The notes under the pieces were generated by a model. That model was given only the letters and a program-made list of their open reading frames with translations. It made no database searches and was not told where the DNA came from. Shown here in pieces: positions 11,671 through 44,900 of a DNA stretch of 64,000 nucleotides (its first letter is position 1; the number at the start of each line of letters is the position of its first letter). A program made the translations under genes and the position numbers. The DNA is from Chiloscyllium plagiosum. Lineage: Eukaryota. Location of the stretch: positions 50,560,870-50,624,869 of the forward strand of contig NC_057728.1 of the NCBI RefSeq assembly GCF_004010195.1, given 5' to 3'.

Positions 11671-13845
11671 TTGTGCATCAGAACTCGACACCTTGAATAT
11701 GGACCCAGCTTTTTATGGAAGTTCTTAGACCAACACTACTAAATTTTAAATTTGTGTTATGAATACATTATGCAAATACATAACCGCATACATTGAATTA
11801 TTTCTCCTGTTTGGAAAGATCTTTTATCTACACATTTTGCAGAAAAAATGCGATCATTATGTTAGAACCGTTGGACTACAGTCCTTTTCATGAAAAGTAA
11901 ATTCCGTACGTTTTGAATTTAAAATTCATGTTTTATCAGACTGTAGATGCCAATAATTTATTTTTTGTAGATTGATTGTATAGTGGTTCAGTACAGTATT
12001 AAAAGCCAATTCTTGAATGTTTTTTTCATCAAGACATTGGGGAATTTTTAATGAGAGACGTGAAGAGCCTAAAGTGCTAGTGTCCTCTGGTGGCCTGATT
12101 ACTGAACTGTCTCCTGTAGTCTGGTCTGACCTCCAAACCCAACAAATTGGGTTCAGCAGCCAAAAAAAACACTCATGAGTTATGAGAGTAAAGCAATATT
12201 TCCAGAATGCCTTAAATAACCAAAAATACTGCCATTTTGTTAATGTCACTTATTTTACATTGACTTTGCCTTGTCCTGCCACAATACAAATTTTGTACCT
12301 TTTTGTAATGTCTTTCTAAATGGCAGGTAAAAGGGGATGTTTTATAACAAGCAACTTGTACTGAGATTACTGACAAGCGCAGTGATTAATGTTGATGTAG
12401 GGATTGCATACCAGCTGGTTACTGGCCTAGAATCCACACAGAATTTATCAAGTGTTTCTCAAAATGTGAGGTTTGAAGTACTGTAATTACTGTTTTGTAA
12501 TCTGAACTGCAATTATAATCTAGGAAGTCTTAACAGAAGTTGACTGTTGGGTTGTAACCATGTTCATTTTAAGTATCTGGATATTTTAAATGGTACATGC
12601 TACATTGTAAGAACTATTCCTATTTCTTAACCAGAAGGTAACTGGAGATCATGTTATTGATCATTCTGAACACTTTAACTGGCTTAAGCAATTTGATTTT
12701 GCTTCATCATATGTACATCAGTATCTCTCAATTCACTTGGATGGCTAAGTTGTGTGGAAATTACATCATAATCTGAGTCTAGCTCAGTATCAGTTTAAAA
12801 TCGATTATCGACACCCATCCTGTCAGAGTGGACTGAGATTCTTGCTAACCTCTTTCCGTACATCAGTGCTATAGATTAGTTAACATTTCTGCATTAGAAA
12901 TGCAATCAATGTAACATGGAATCCTGAACAAATACTTTTCACAGAATTATGGACATTGAACGTGAGCCCTTTCTATGCAGTAATTTGTTATTGTTCTGTA
13001 TTGCATAATGCATCATTGTAATACTTAATTTTGTTTCACAAATATATATTTTAGCCAAAATTTATGTTCATACGACTTTAAAATTTAAATAATCTTCTTA
13101 TTTAAACATCAGGAAGAAAACTAATCTTTAAAAGCTACAGCTTCCTGTTTGCTCAAGTCTCTGAACACTATAATGTGTATTTTTTTACACTCTTCAAATA
13201 TTAAAAACAAATTACATTAGTGCCATTGAGGGGAAAAAACCCATAATTTTGAGGGTAATGTACTGGCAGTCAGGGAATCTCTAAAGCAAGACATTTTCAA
13301 AACATCAGAGTCACTTGTTTTTGAATCTGGAAACTGTAGCCCTGCATCAAACCTGGTGTTCAATGTGCTTTATATTACTTTATTTATTTCACTGTTAATG
13401 ATGCCATTATTCTGCCATATACTTTAATGTTGAGGGTTTCTTGTGCAATGTTTGTGGCATATTTATATATGTATTTAGTATGTTAATTTCCATTGATAAC
13501 ATTTACTTGAGAACAGTGGCTTTTTTGCAAGATATTGTTGAGCTCCAAAGTGTTCTAAAAAAACTCAAGATTCTTGCACCAGCCTCCAAGAACGTGAAAA
13601 CTCATTTTAGTGGCTGTGTGAATTTCCTTTCTATTCCTGCCTTAAAATAGAGTTGACTTTCGATCATTGCATTCTGCGAAGGTACATTATGGACAAATTT
13701 TGAAACAGGTACAATGTGTGTACCTCAGTAACTACCCATAATATCCTTGGAAGTATTTTTTGGTCTCCAGTTTGGTTTACTGGCCAAGCTTCTTTGAACG
13801 CAATGTCAAAATCATCATTTATTCAGAATTAATGTTTCAAGTAAA

Positions 13846-13851
13846 AATAAA
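13846..13851 (+). terminator. Candidate polyadenylation signal of PPFIBP1
   Basis: AATAAA followed by T/GT-rich sequence, at the end of an AT-rich ~2.2 kb stretch after the stop codon with no obvious repeats. Confidence 0.45.
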
Positions 13852-15110
13852 ATATTGCATAATGCATTTTTGTTTGAATTGCATTTTTTCCCCGAGAAGT
13901 TACCTTCAGTGAGGTGCTTAAGTGTGGAAGGATAGTAGTGTTGTACTAATTTGAGAATGATTCCACATCGTTCCTGTGGAACAGCAGAACGATTCTAGGG
14001 ATGAAATCTCAGATATTACTTCCACAGCATGGGTCATGGTTTTGTAAGAACTTTGCTCAGGGCTATTGAATTTTCTTCACCTTGTAGATGCCTCCTGTGG
14101 CTGGCTGATACAGGTAGGACTGCAGAGAAACAGGCCTATATGCCCTCACTGTGTACTTTGTATCCAGGAATGTGGATTTAAAATGCTGTCACTTGCTGAG
14201 TCAACATTTAAATTAGTGGAGGAGTTCTCATAGCCTTTTACAGAAAAGATGTAATTGCACTAGAGAAGGGATTTGAGGATGTTGCCAGGATTGGAAAAAT
14301 TGGCTACGTGGTGATTGCTCTCCTTGGAATACTGGGGAGAGTCAACTGTGTACTGGGTTAGGAGGGGCTTATTTACCTTAGAGTCAACCACAGGCAGCAT
14401 GAACTTGTTTTCCATTCAAAGGGTGGTTGGGATCTGAAACTTACTGACTGTACTATATCATCTGCAGGACTACTGAGCACATGCTGGAAAGTGGGATTAG
14501 GTTGAGTGAAGTGTTTTGACCTGAGTAAGCATGATGCCTTTGTGCAGTAAATATTGATTCTAAAACAGCATGCCATTTGTAAGCACATTTAATGAACAAT
14601 TACAAAATAAAACACTTCATGCTATTAAACCCCCAGTACAAAATAGAAATCTCTCTAAACATTTAACATCGATTCAATCCTAAACCACATTTTCACAGAT
14701 TTGTAATTGAGAGGTTTTGTTTCTAACACCAATTATGGAGAATGTTTTCCATCTCATTTCTGTAGAAACAATGGATATCTCTAAGGTTAGGATCCAAGCA
14801 ATCTTGCAACACACTCTGTTTTTGAGATTTACTCTGACTCTTTGTTAAAAGCAGGTGTAGTACAAGGATTGATGTGGATTCTTCTTCACCTATATTGTCA
14901 TTTCTGATATCCTGTCAGGAGTCCTGCGCCGATAGAAGTACTTAACAGTCTAATTAGATGAGGAAATCACGAACAGAACCATGAGCCTGCTGCTTCCCTT
15001 GGCCATTTGTATGTAACAGTTAAAGTGGTGAGACCCTGCTGGAATGACATTGTTAGAATTATCCAATTCCAACAGTTTGCCAAAAGCATAGGAGAATTGG
15101 AAAAATCAAT

Positions 15111-36086
<20,976 letters not shown>

Positions 36087-36266
36087 GCCGGTCCGACACT
36101 CAATACCTTCCCCTACCACGGACACACTTCCGCCGGTCCGACATTCAATGCCTTCCCCTACCACAAACACACGTCCGCCGGTCCGATACTCAATACTTTC
36201 CCCTACCACGGACACACTTCCGCCGGTCCGACACTCAATACCTTCCTCCACCACGGACACACTTCC
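36087..36266. repeat. Minisatellite, 4 x 45 bp, in the KRR1 promoter/5' leader
   Basis: Units at 36087-36131, 36132-36176, 36177-36221 and 36222-36266; consensus gccggtccgacactcaataccttcccctaccacggacacacttcc. Confidence 0.95.
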
Positions 36267-36345
36267 GTCAATATGGAGCTGAACTCTGTCAGGGTTACAC
36301 CAGCTCGCACTTTCTCCCTTTGGGTCCGATGCGGCCATTCTCTGA
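36087..36345 (-). promoter_or_regulatory. Probable KRR1 promoter with three CGGAAGTG ETS/GABP-type motifs and a YY1-like AATGGCCGC
   Basis: CpG-dense relative to the rest of the window; CGGAAGTG occurs on the minus strand in 3 of the 4 repeat units. Confidence 0.6.
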
Positions 36346-36793
36346 GCTGCATTCTGTTCTGATGTTTATTTAAAATAAATTTTCTGTGGGTGTTAGTGTG
36401 GCCTCGGAATCAGGAAAGTTGATCAGTTTAAGAGCCGCTCTGAAGTGAAACTGAAGCAAATGGCCTTCACAGATTTTATATAAAATCCAAAAGAAATTTG
36501 CATTTGACAGGCGAATTTTAACACTGTAGGAGGCCCACTCTGCCGAGGCTGGCAGGTGTGAAAGATCTCAGGGCCAATACTCTAATAAAAATAATCTGAC
36601 AGATGGAGTGTCGTGTGAAAATGAGAATCTGTTCACTTTGGCAGGAAGAATAGAAAAACTACATTTCAACCAAAAACCTTTGACCTTAGAGGAGTTGAAA
36701 GATTGGATAATAAAGTGTTCAAAATAATGAGGTGGATTATTTGGTCGGTTCGGCTCAGACAGGTTTGAAGCAGGACCTCACACCTAAACCTTT

Positions 36794-37070
36794 GGGGTGG
36801 CATGGTGGCTCAGTGGTTAACACTAGGGTCCCAGGTTCGATTCCAGCCTTCCTCGGGCGACTGTGTGAAGTTGCACAATTTCCCCATGTCTGTATGGGTT
36901 TCCTCCCACAATCCAAAGATGTGCAGGTCAGGTGAATTGGCCATGCTAAATTGCCCATAGTGTTAGGTGCATTAATCAGAGGGGAAATGGGTCTGGGTGG
37001 GTTGCTCTTCGGAGGGTTGATGTGGACTGGTTGGGCCAAAGGGCCTGTTTCCACACTGTAGGGAATCTAA
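36794..37070 (+). mobile_element. HE1-type SINE, internally deleted
   Basis: Similar to 33131-33474. Confidence 0.85.
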
Positions 37071-37739
37071 TTGACTAACCTGAGATATTCATAAAAACTT
37101 TAATGATCTCGGAACAAAGTATTGAAAGGAATCTGGATTTTACATTTTAATCAGCAGTCTATATTCTCATTGATTAAAAGTTTCAACAAGGGCAATTAGT
37201 TTTAAAATTGTTAACTTTATGCTTATAAATACTGTGTCTTATACCTCCCATACCATGCCTGAGGAAGGAGTTGAACTCCAAAAGCTTGCAATTTCAAATA
37301 AACCTGTGGACCATAACCTGGTGTCATTTTGTTGACTACAAGAATAGGGGTATCTAGACAAGGTAGATAGAGACTTGAAATTGGTCCAAAGGTCAAGGAC
37401 CAGAGAATACAGAGACAAGGTGATCCACAAACAAAACAAAAAAATGAGTGAAACCACTTTTATATGCAGTGAATAGTTAGGATCTGGATACACTGCCTGA
37501 GGGTATAGTGAGGCATATTCAATCATTTTTTCAGTTCTCTAATTAATAATCAAACTTGACAGTATTTTGTAGATGGTTATTATTTTACCTGTCCAAGTAG
37601 TTGCAGCAATTTCTCAGAATCAAAATTCTGCAACTGTTCTATTGGACATTGGTGAAATTGACAGCACAATTTTATTCAGGTCAGCTGGCATTGTTTGCAT
37701 CATAGATGCTGCTTGGCTGATATTTTTGGAGGTGCCTCC

Positions 37740-37774
37740 AACCTGATGAAGGAGCAGTGCTCTGAAAGCTAGTG
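37740..37774 (+). ncRNA. Minimal hammerhead motif, family B
   Basis: AC-CUGAUGA-A-GGAGC-agu-GCUCU-GAAA-GC-UA-GUG. Confidence 0.5.
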
Positions 37775-39749
37775 CTTCCAAATAAACCTGTTGGACTATA
37801 ACCTGGTGTTGTGTGATTTTATTAACTGGCGGATATTTAGCTATTTTGCTTTTGTACTGAGATGATTTATAATGGCCCTTGAATCCTAAAGGGTTCAAAT
37901 CATGTTAAGTCAGATAGATCTTTATAAAACAAGGCAAATGCCACAGACATGCATCAACCCAATATATTTACAGTTAACCGATTTCAGCCAGCATGTACCC
38001 AATTCTAAAAGAAGTGGAAATCACTGGCAAGGCCAGTATTTGTTGCCCATCTCGAAATGCCCTTGAATAGTTTACTGTGTTCTTTGCAGTCAAAGCTCCC
38101 CATAAACCAGAAGAAAAAGACCACTTAAGAGTGCAGTGAAGAATTAACCACATTTCTGTAAGCCTGGAATTTTACATGTGGCAGACCTAAAGGACATTAG
38201 CAAGCCACATGGGTATTTTCAATTATTGATGATAGTTTCATTATTTATTTGTATTTTGGTTCAGGTATTAGGAGGAGCAACTATGAAAAGAGATCAGCCT
38301 CACACTAAGGATTCACACTAATGATTGCTACTGACCAGATTTGCTAAAATTGTTCATGTGAAGAACAGTTTTCACCAATATCCGTGCAGCAAGAGACCAA
38401 CACCTACATCAATCACATGACAAATGTGTAATTGGGGAAGGGGAAGGATCCCAGCAGAAATCCAATTTAGCAAAAGTCTGATTGGAATAAAAGCACACCA
38501 TCAGTTTCAACTAGTATCAATAGTCACAATCATTTTTTTTTTAATTTTGTATTTGTTTATAAAATACTGAAATGAGAAAAAGCTGTTTTAAACCAATGTT
38601 TGAAAGGGTAGCTGTACATTTTGAAAGCATGTAATCTGATACCCATTGCAGGCACCATGTCAAGTCTGTTTCCATGCTGTACATCTCTATGACTCTATAA
38701 TTGCTGAACAAGCAGGAATTGAAGTGGGAGATGCACAAGATTTGAGGTTGAGGGGTGCACTGATGCAACTTTTGTTGGCAACAAAACGTAGATTGGTCGA
38801 TGCACTAGTGACCAGTTATCGATGACAAAGATATTTTTGACGGCGAACAGGTCAATTTGGAAGTGGGAATAAGTTACATAAAGGAAGGAATGCTCAGTTT
38901 TTTTTAATCCCCAGCTCCGAGGAACAGTTAACTGTGTTCTTTGCAGTCAGTGCTCCCTGTAAACCTGAAGAAAACGACCTTCATTTAAGCTGTTTGTAGC
39001 TGTGACATTTAACTGAAAAGTAGTTTAACTAAGAGACTTTGAGTGAACCAGCCACCTTTGTATCTCTTACAAACCACTGGAAGCATCCAGATAAAGATGA
39101 CTGAAGCAATGTGCTGACCAGCATAAGAGGCGTAAGGATTATCCCAACAAAAGCAAAAACCGAAAATGCTGAAAAAACACAGGTGGTCAGGCGGCATCTG
39201 TGGTGAGAAAGCAGAGTTAGCATTTTGGGTCCAATGATCCTTCTTCAGAGTGTTCTGAAGAAAGCTCACTGAACCCAAAATGTTAACTCAGAATAAAGAA
39301 TAAAGGAGCATAATCTTAAAATTGGAGTTAGGCCCTTCAGAGGCAAACTCACACAAAGGAGAGTGAAAATTTACAGATTCAGAGATGATCAGAAATAGAG
39401 AAGGCAGAAGCTATTGACCGATTTGAAGTGAAAGATAGGAGTTTAAACTCAATGCATTGTTTAAACAAAGCAAGTTTGTAAGATCAGGGTGGAGGGTAAA
39501 TTTTGTTTGGTGTGAGGTTTGGACAAAGTTGGATGAGCTGATGTTTAAAGGGTAGATCACGGGAGGTCGAGGTCAGCGAGGGTGTTGTAATAGTCATCTA
39601 GAGGTAACTGAGCTATGGATGTGGGTTTCAGCATCTTATGGACTAAAGCAGGATGGTGTCAAGAGACATTATGGAAATAATTCATTGGATGGTCAAAAGG
39701 GACAACAAAATTTTGAAGGATCCAAAACGCTTACAGGAGTCAATTGTCC

Positions 39750-40270
39750 TGGAGCATTGGTGACCTTATAGATGTGTATAAAATCATGGGGCATGAGTAG
39801 GGTGAATAGCCAAGGTCTTTTCCTAGGGTGGGAGAATCCAAAACTGGAGGCTGGTACAATTGCAACATTTAAGAGGCATTTGGATGGGTATATGAATAGG
39901 AAGGGTTTGGAGGGATATGGGCCGGGTACTGGCAGGTGGGACTAGATTGGGTTGGGATATCTGGTTGGCATGGACGGTTGGACCGAAGGGTCTGTTACCA
40001 TGCTGTACATCCTATGACATAGGTTTAAGGTGAGAGGGGAAAGATTTAAGAGGGACCCAAGGTGCAACTTTTTCACACAAAGGGTGGTGAGTGTATGGAA
40101 GGAGCTGCTAGATTGATTACATTTAATAGGTATCTGGATGGGTATGTGAATAGGAAAGGCTTAGAGCGATAAGGTCCATATGCTGACAAATAGGACGAGA
40201 TCAGTTTAGGATATTTGGTTGGCACAGATGACTTGGACCAAGTGTCTGTTTCCATGCTGTTTGACTCTAT
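39750..40270 (+). mobile_element. Two CR1 3' tails, one nested in the other
   Basis: Tail ~39847-40018 interrupts a second tail. Confidence 0.75.
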
Positions 40271-41275
40271 GGTTGTAGGTTTTAGAACTAGGGGACACAG
40301 TTTCAGAATAAGGGTCTCTGACAGGAGAATGCACTGGTAATCAAACTCCATTACTCCACAAGCCTTACCAAAAGTGTAAATGGCTGATTTAATCACGAAA
40401 AATGGTCAATTTGTTTCTCTATCAAGAAATAAGAGACTTTCACCAGGTTGCTTCAATAAACTCAAAAAACCTATTTAGTATAAACAAACATTATTTAGAA
40501 AAGTGGCAAAACTGTTTATCAACTAAGCTATTTTACAGAATTAAAGTATATCCTCCTTAATCCTAAGCATATGCATTTGTAGACAGCCAAGACTATACAG
40601 TTCAGCAGAGATGTCATTTTTTAAAAAAACCCAAAAACAGGAACAACATCCCTGCATGGCAAAAAAATTAGAAAGATGTAACTGGTTGACTCCTCTCAGT
40701 TTCTTTGAATCCATCAACAAGACCAAATTGATGACAGTTACAGAACGGTGGAAGATCTTTAGACCAGAGTTCAGATTCAGATGGGAAATAGTCATGATAT
40801 TTGAAATTTTATCAAGTTTTCAAGCCATTTCATTGAGAGAAATATTTTAGCAAGTTATGCTTTCTGTTTTTTTCCTGAGGGGGGGGACACACTGCCTCCT
40901 TCTGCAAGTTTCTTCAGCAGCATCTCTGACCTGTGAAAACACACAGCAACTTAACCTCAGATGCTGTTGCTAGGTAATGAACAACAGACCCAAGGCTTCT
41001 CAAAGTCTGTTGGATTCTGGAATTAAGTCATAAATCCATCTCATCTCTTTCTAAAGGTTTTGCCACTCTGCCTCACCACAGTCATTTGATTTTTCTTTAT
41101 ACGGCATTATACCCTTTGACCTTTTGAATTTTCATTTCCAAGAAATCACACACTAAAGTCTCCAACCTAGAAATGTTCAAATAGATCCATGTTCCAATGT
41201 GGCATACACGTGGACATAGTTCTTTCCTGACAAACTGAGATGAGGAATTTCTTCACTCAGCCGCTGTTTAATCTT

Positions 41276-41380
41276 GGATTAGAGTGATGCTGGAAAAGCA
41301 CAGCAGGTCAGACAGCATCCGAGGAGCAGGGGAATCGTCGTTTCGAGCCCCACTCTAATCTGCAGTACCCACTTTCGCTT
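41276..41380. mobile_element. Family-A element
   Basis: Perfect 14-bp TSD cgctgtttaatctt (41262-41275 / 41381-41394). Confidence 0.8.
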
Positions 41381-41900
41381 CGCTGTTTAATCTTTTGATA
41401 ATCTCCAGGACTGTGGAGGGTCAACCGTTGAGAATATTGACGATAGAGGCCAGTACACTTCTACAAATTAAAACAGTCAAAGGATAGTGTAATAGTGTTA
41501 ATGTAGAAGGATAACCATTGCATAACAGAACCTCCTACACCTATTCCCCATGAAAGCAGATTGGCCGATTCCTCTTCTACTGAAGGCTACGTCCCTTTAA
41601 GTATCCGAAACCTGCAAATCTAAGATGGAACAGAGTGTTTTTATCGAGGCATTCACTAGTGAGTGCGTGGGTTCACCTGGACCGTATTGTGACCCGCCTC
41701 TTAGCAGGAGCTTTGTCAATTAAGAAGAGCTCAGTGTTAAAGTGGGGGCGGGCAGAGTTCCTTCTAATGCCTACACTGCAGCTGCTTATTCAGCGTCCAA
41801 TCTTCCCAATTAGTTTACAAAGAGCGGGCTGGGTCAAATGCCGCTGAGGGAGTAATGATTTCTCTCTGACCCCGCTTTGGTGGGAGGAGAGCTGAACGAA

Positions 41901-41973
41901 ATGTCCCTGAGTAGTTTGGCCCTGGTTTTCCTTGTCTCTGTGCTGATATTGACAGGAGCCCAACCATCTGCAG
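41901..41973 (+). CDS. Signal-peptide exon (MSLSSLALVFLVSVLILTGAQPSA)
   Basis: Hydrophobic core with small residues at the end, phase-1 donor CAG|gtacgg, CpG-enriched upstream region with a GC box (41745-41752). Confidence 0.75.
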
Positions 41974-44900
41974 GTACGGATTCCAGTCTTCAATACTGCA
42001 AACCGCTCGATCAAATCTCATTCAACCCCAACTTAATTCCCAATTTGTGCAACGTTGGAGTTTTTATAAAAGCAAGATTTTTTTTATATCTAACCCTTAA
42101 ATCAGTACCAACCGGATACTGTGTCAATCCCACGCAACGTTTGAACAGGCAATATTTGATTATCTGTGCAGCTCCATTGAAATAATTATTCTGATCATTG
42201 GACCTGAAACACTAACTCTGTTTTCTCTCCACAGATGCTGCCAGGTCTGCTGAGTTTCTCCAATTATTTCTGGTTTTGTTAGTGAAATAATTGTGCTTTT
42301 TTTATTTGGTTTACAGTGTGTAGAGTTACACATCCTAACTTTTATATTTAATCAGTGATCCCTAATTCCCCAGCCTCCCAGAAGAGGACATGTCCTCTAC
42401 CCTGTCAAGATCTCTCAGCTTCTTCTTTGTTTCAATCACGTCACCTTGTCTTGTTCTAAACTCCAGATACAAACCTTGTCTACCCAACCGTTCCTTGTAA
42501 GATCACATTCCGGGTATCAGTTTGGTAAACTTTGGCTGAACTATTAAAGACACACTTATGTTCTTGCTTAAATAAGGGGAGCAATTCTGCACTTCCACAA
42601 ATTGCCATCCCTGTGCTTGTCAATATTAAACCCATTTGGCCTATTGAGTTTGCTATGCCTTTCGATCACAGCTGGCATGTTTCTCAATCCCATTCTCCTG
42701 CCTTCTCCCTGTTGCCTTTGATCCCTTTTGTTAATCAAGAACAATCTACCTCTGCCTTAAATACACTCTGACTTGGCCTCCACTACCTTCTGCAGCAATG
42801 AGTTCCACATGTTCACTACCCTCTGGCTGAAGAAATTCCCCCTCATTCCACCCCTAAAGGATTGTCTTTTGACTCTCCAGCTGTGTTCTCTGGCCGTAGT
42901 CTCTCCTACTAGTGAAAACATCTTCTCCACACACACTCTATCTAGGCCCCTCTAAACTCCATTGAGTATAGACTCCGAGTCTTCAACCACTCTTTAGCCA
43001 AACCGTCATCCCAGGTTCTTTCTTGTAAACCTCCTCTGAACCCCCAGCACTTCTTTCCCTAGACACTGGACCTAAAACCCATCACAATATTCCAAGTGTG
43101 GTCTTGCCAGAGCTTTATACCGCCTCAGCAATACATCTCTGCTCTTATACTCTAGCCCTTTTTGAAATTGAAACTAAAGTTGCTCCTTCCTTCCTAACTA
43201 CCAACCACGCCTGCATGTTAATCTGAATGAAGACTCTTGAGTCTTTGTCCTTCAGATTTCCTAAGCCTTACTTTTTAGAAAATGGTCCAAGCCTTTATTC
43301 TTTCCACTAAAGTGCAAAACCTCTCACTTTCCCACATTGTACTCCATCTGCCACTCCTTTGCCCACTCTCCTATCCTTTCCAAGTCCTTCTGCAGCCTCC
43401 CTGCTTCATCTACCTGTCCCTCCATCTATCTTTGTGTCAACTGCAAACTTAGCAACATTGTCCTCAGTTCCGTCATCTATATTGTTAATGTATAATGTGA
43501 AATGATGTCCAGCACACTCTTCCACCAGTTTAAATATCCCCCCAAAATTGTAAGTTTAAGCATTTGTCTTCTGTGTGCCAGTTTGTTGTTTTAAGCAGCC
43601 TGTCAAGTTTCCTTTTGTAATGTGTGCTTGACTTGCATTTAAGTAAGTGCCAAGATTAGAGTGGTGCTGGAAAAGCACAGCAGGTCAGGCAGCATCCAAG
43701 GAGCAGGAAAGTCAATGTTACAGGCAGAAGCCCTTCATCAGGAATGAGGACATTTCTGTAAGTGCTTCTATCCTTTTCTGGTGCTAAGTTTGAATAAGAA
43801 AACACACCTCCTTTTGAGGTGCCTTTACCAAATGCATCCCATTCAGATCTGAAGATGGTAGCAATTACTAACTCAATTTGTCTTTCAAACATACTAACTG
43901 GCATGTCTTGATGTTTGTAAGAAGCTGCTGAGGAAATATCCTTTTTATAGAATTGTTTTGTCTTTTAAAGGGGCAGAACCAGAAACCTGTGGAGCTATCT
44001 CTCTTTGCTGGGAAGTGACATCTAGTCTCACATCTGAGAGGTACAGTAAAGTTAACTGAAGAGAATCTACACCTGTAGAGTAACACTTTTTTTTCTAGAA
44101 AAAATCATTCTTGGGATATGGGCATCGTTGGCTGCACCATAATTTATTTCCCGTCCCTAGTTGTCCCTGAGAAGGTGATGGTGAGCTGCTTTGTTGAACC
44201 ACTGAACTCCATATGCTGTAGGTAGACTCTCAATGCTGTTAGGGAGAGAATTCAAGAACCTTGACCCAGTGAAAGTGAAGGAACGCTGACCTATTTTCAA
44301 GTCCAGATGGTGAGTGGCTTGGAGTGGAAGTTGCAAATGAGTTTTCCATGTACCTACTTCTTTTGCCCTTCTAAATGGAAGTGGCTGTGGGTTTAGAAGG
44401 TGCTGCCTGAGGGCTTTTGGTGAATTTCTGCAGGTTGTAGTCAGTAGCAGTAGTGTGTACTGAGTGTCAGTGGTGGTGAGAGTGGATGCTTATGGATGTG
44501 GTGCCAATCAAGTGGGCTGCTTTGTCCTGGATGGTGTCAAGCTTCTTGACTGTTTTTGGAGCAGCACTCATTGAGGCAAGTGGGGAGTATTCCATCACAC
44601 TCCTGACTTATGATTAATGGGCAGACTTTAGTGAATGTAGCAAGTAAGAGTCCTACAGCATGGTTCTGCCCTACTCTCATCTGTTGAAATATGGCTACCT
44701 CCAAAAATAGAGCAGTCTATGAAAGCTGGGCCCTATATTAATGATTAGGTTCTAAAGCCAACAGTGATTATTCAGGATTATGCCAATTTATTCCAAAAAT
44801 CTTTTTTACTAAAAGAATGAATCTAATTTTAGACCAAATGTATTTGACCTAATTTCCTTGACATCCGACTTGAACACGACATTCCAACTTCAAGATTCCT

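Noticed and set aside
36087..36266. CRISPR-like array
   Set aside because: The units are contiguous with no unique spacers, there are no cas genes, and the DNA is vertebrate. It is a minisatellite.
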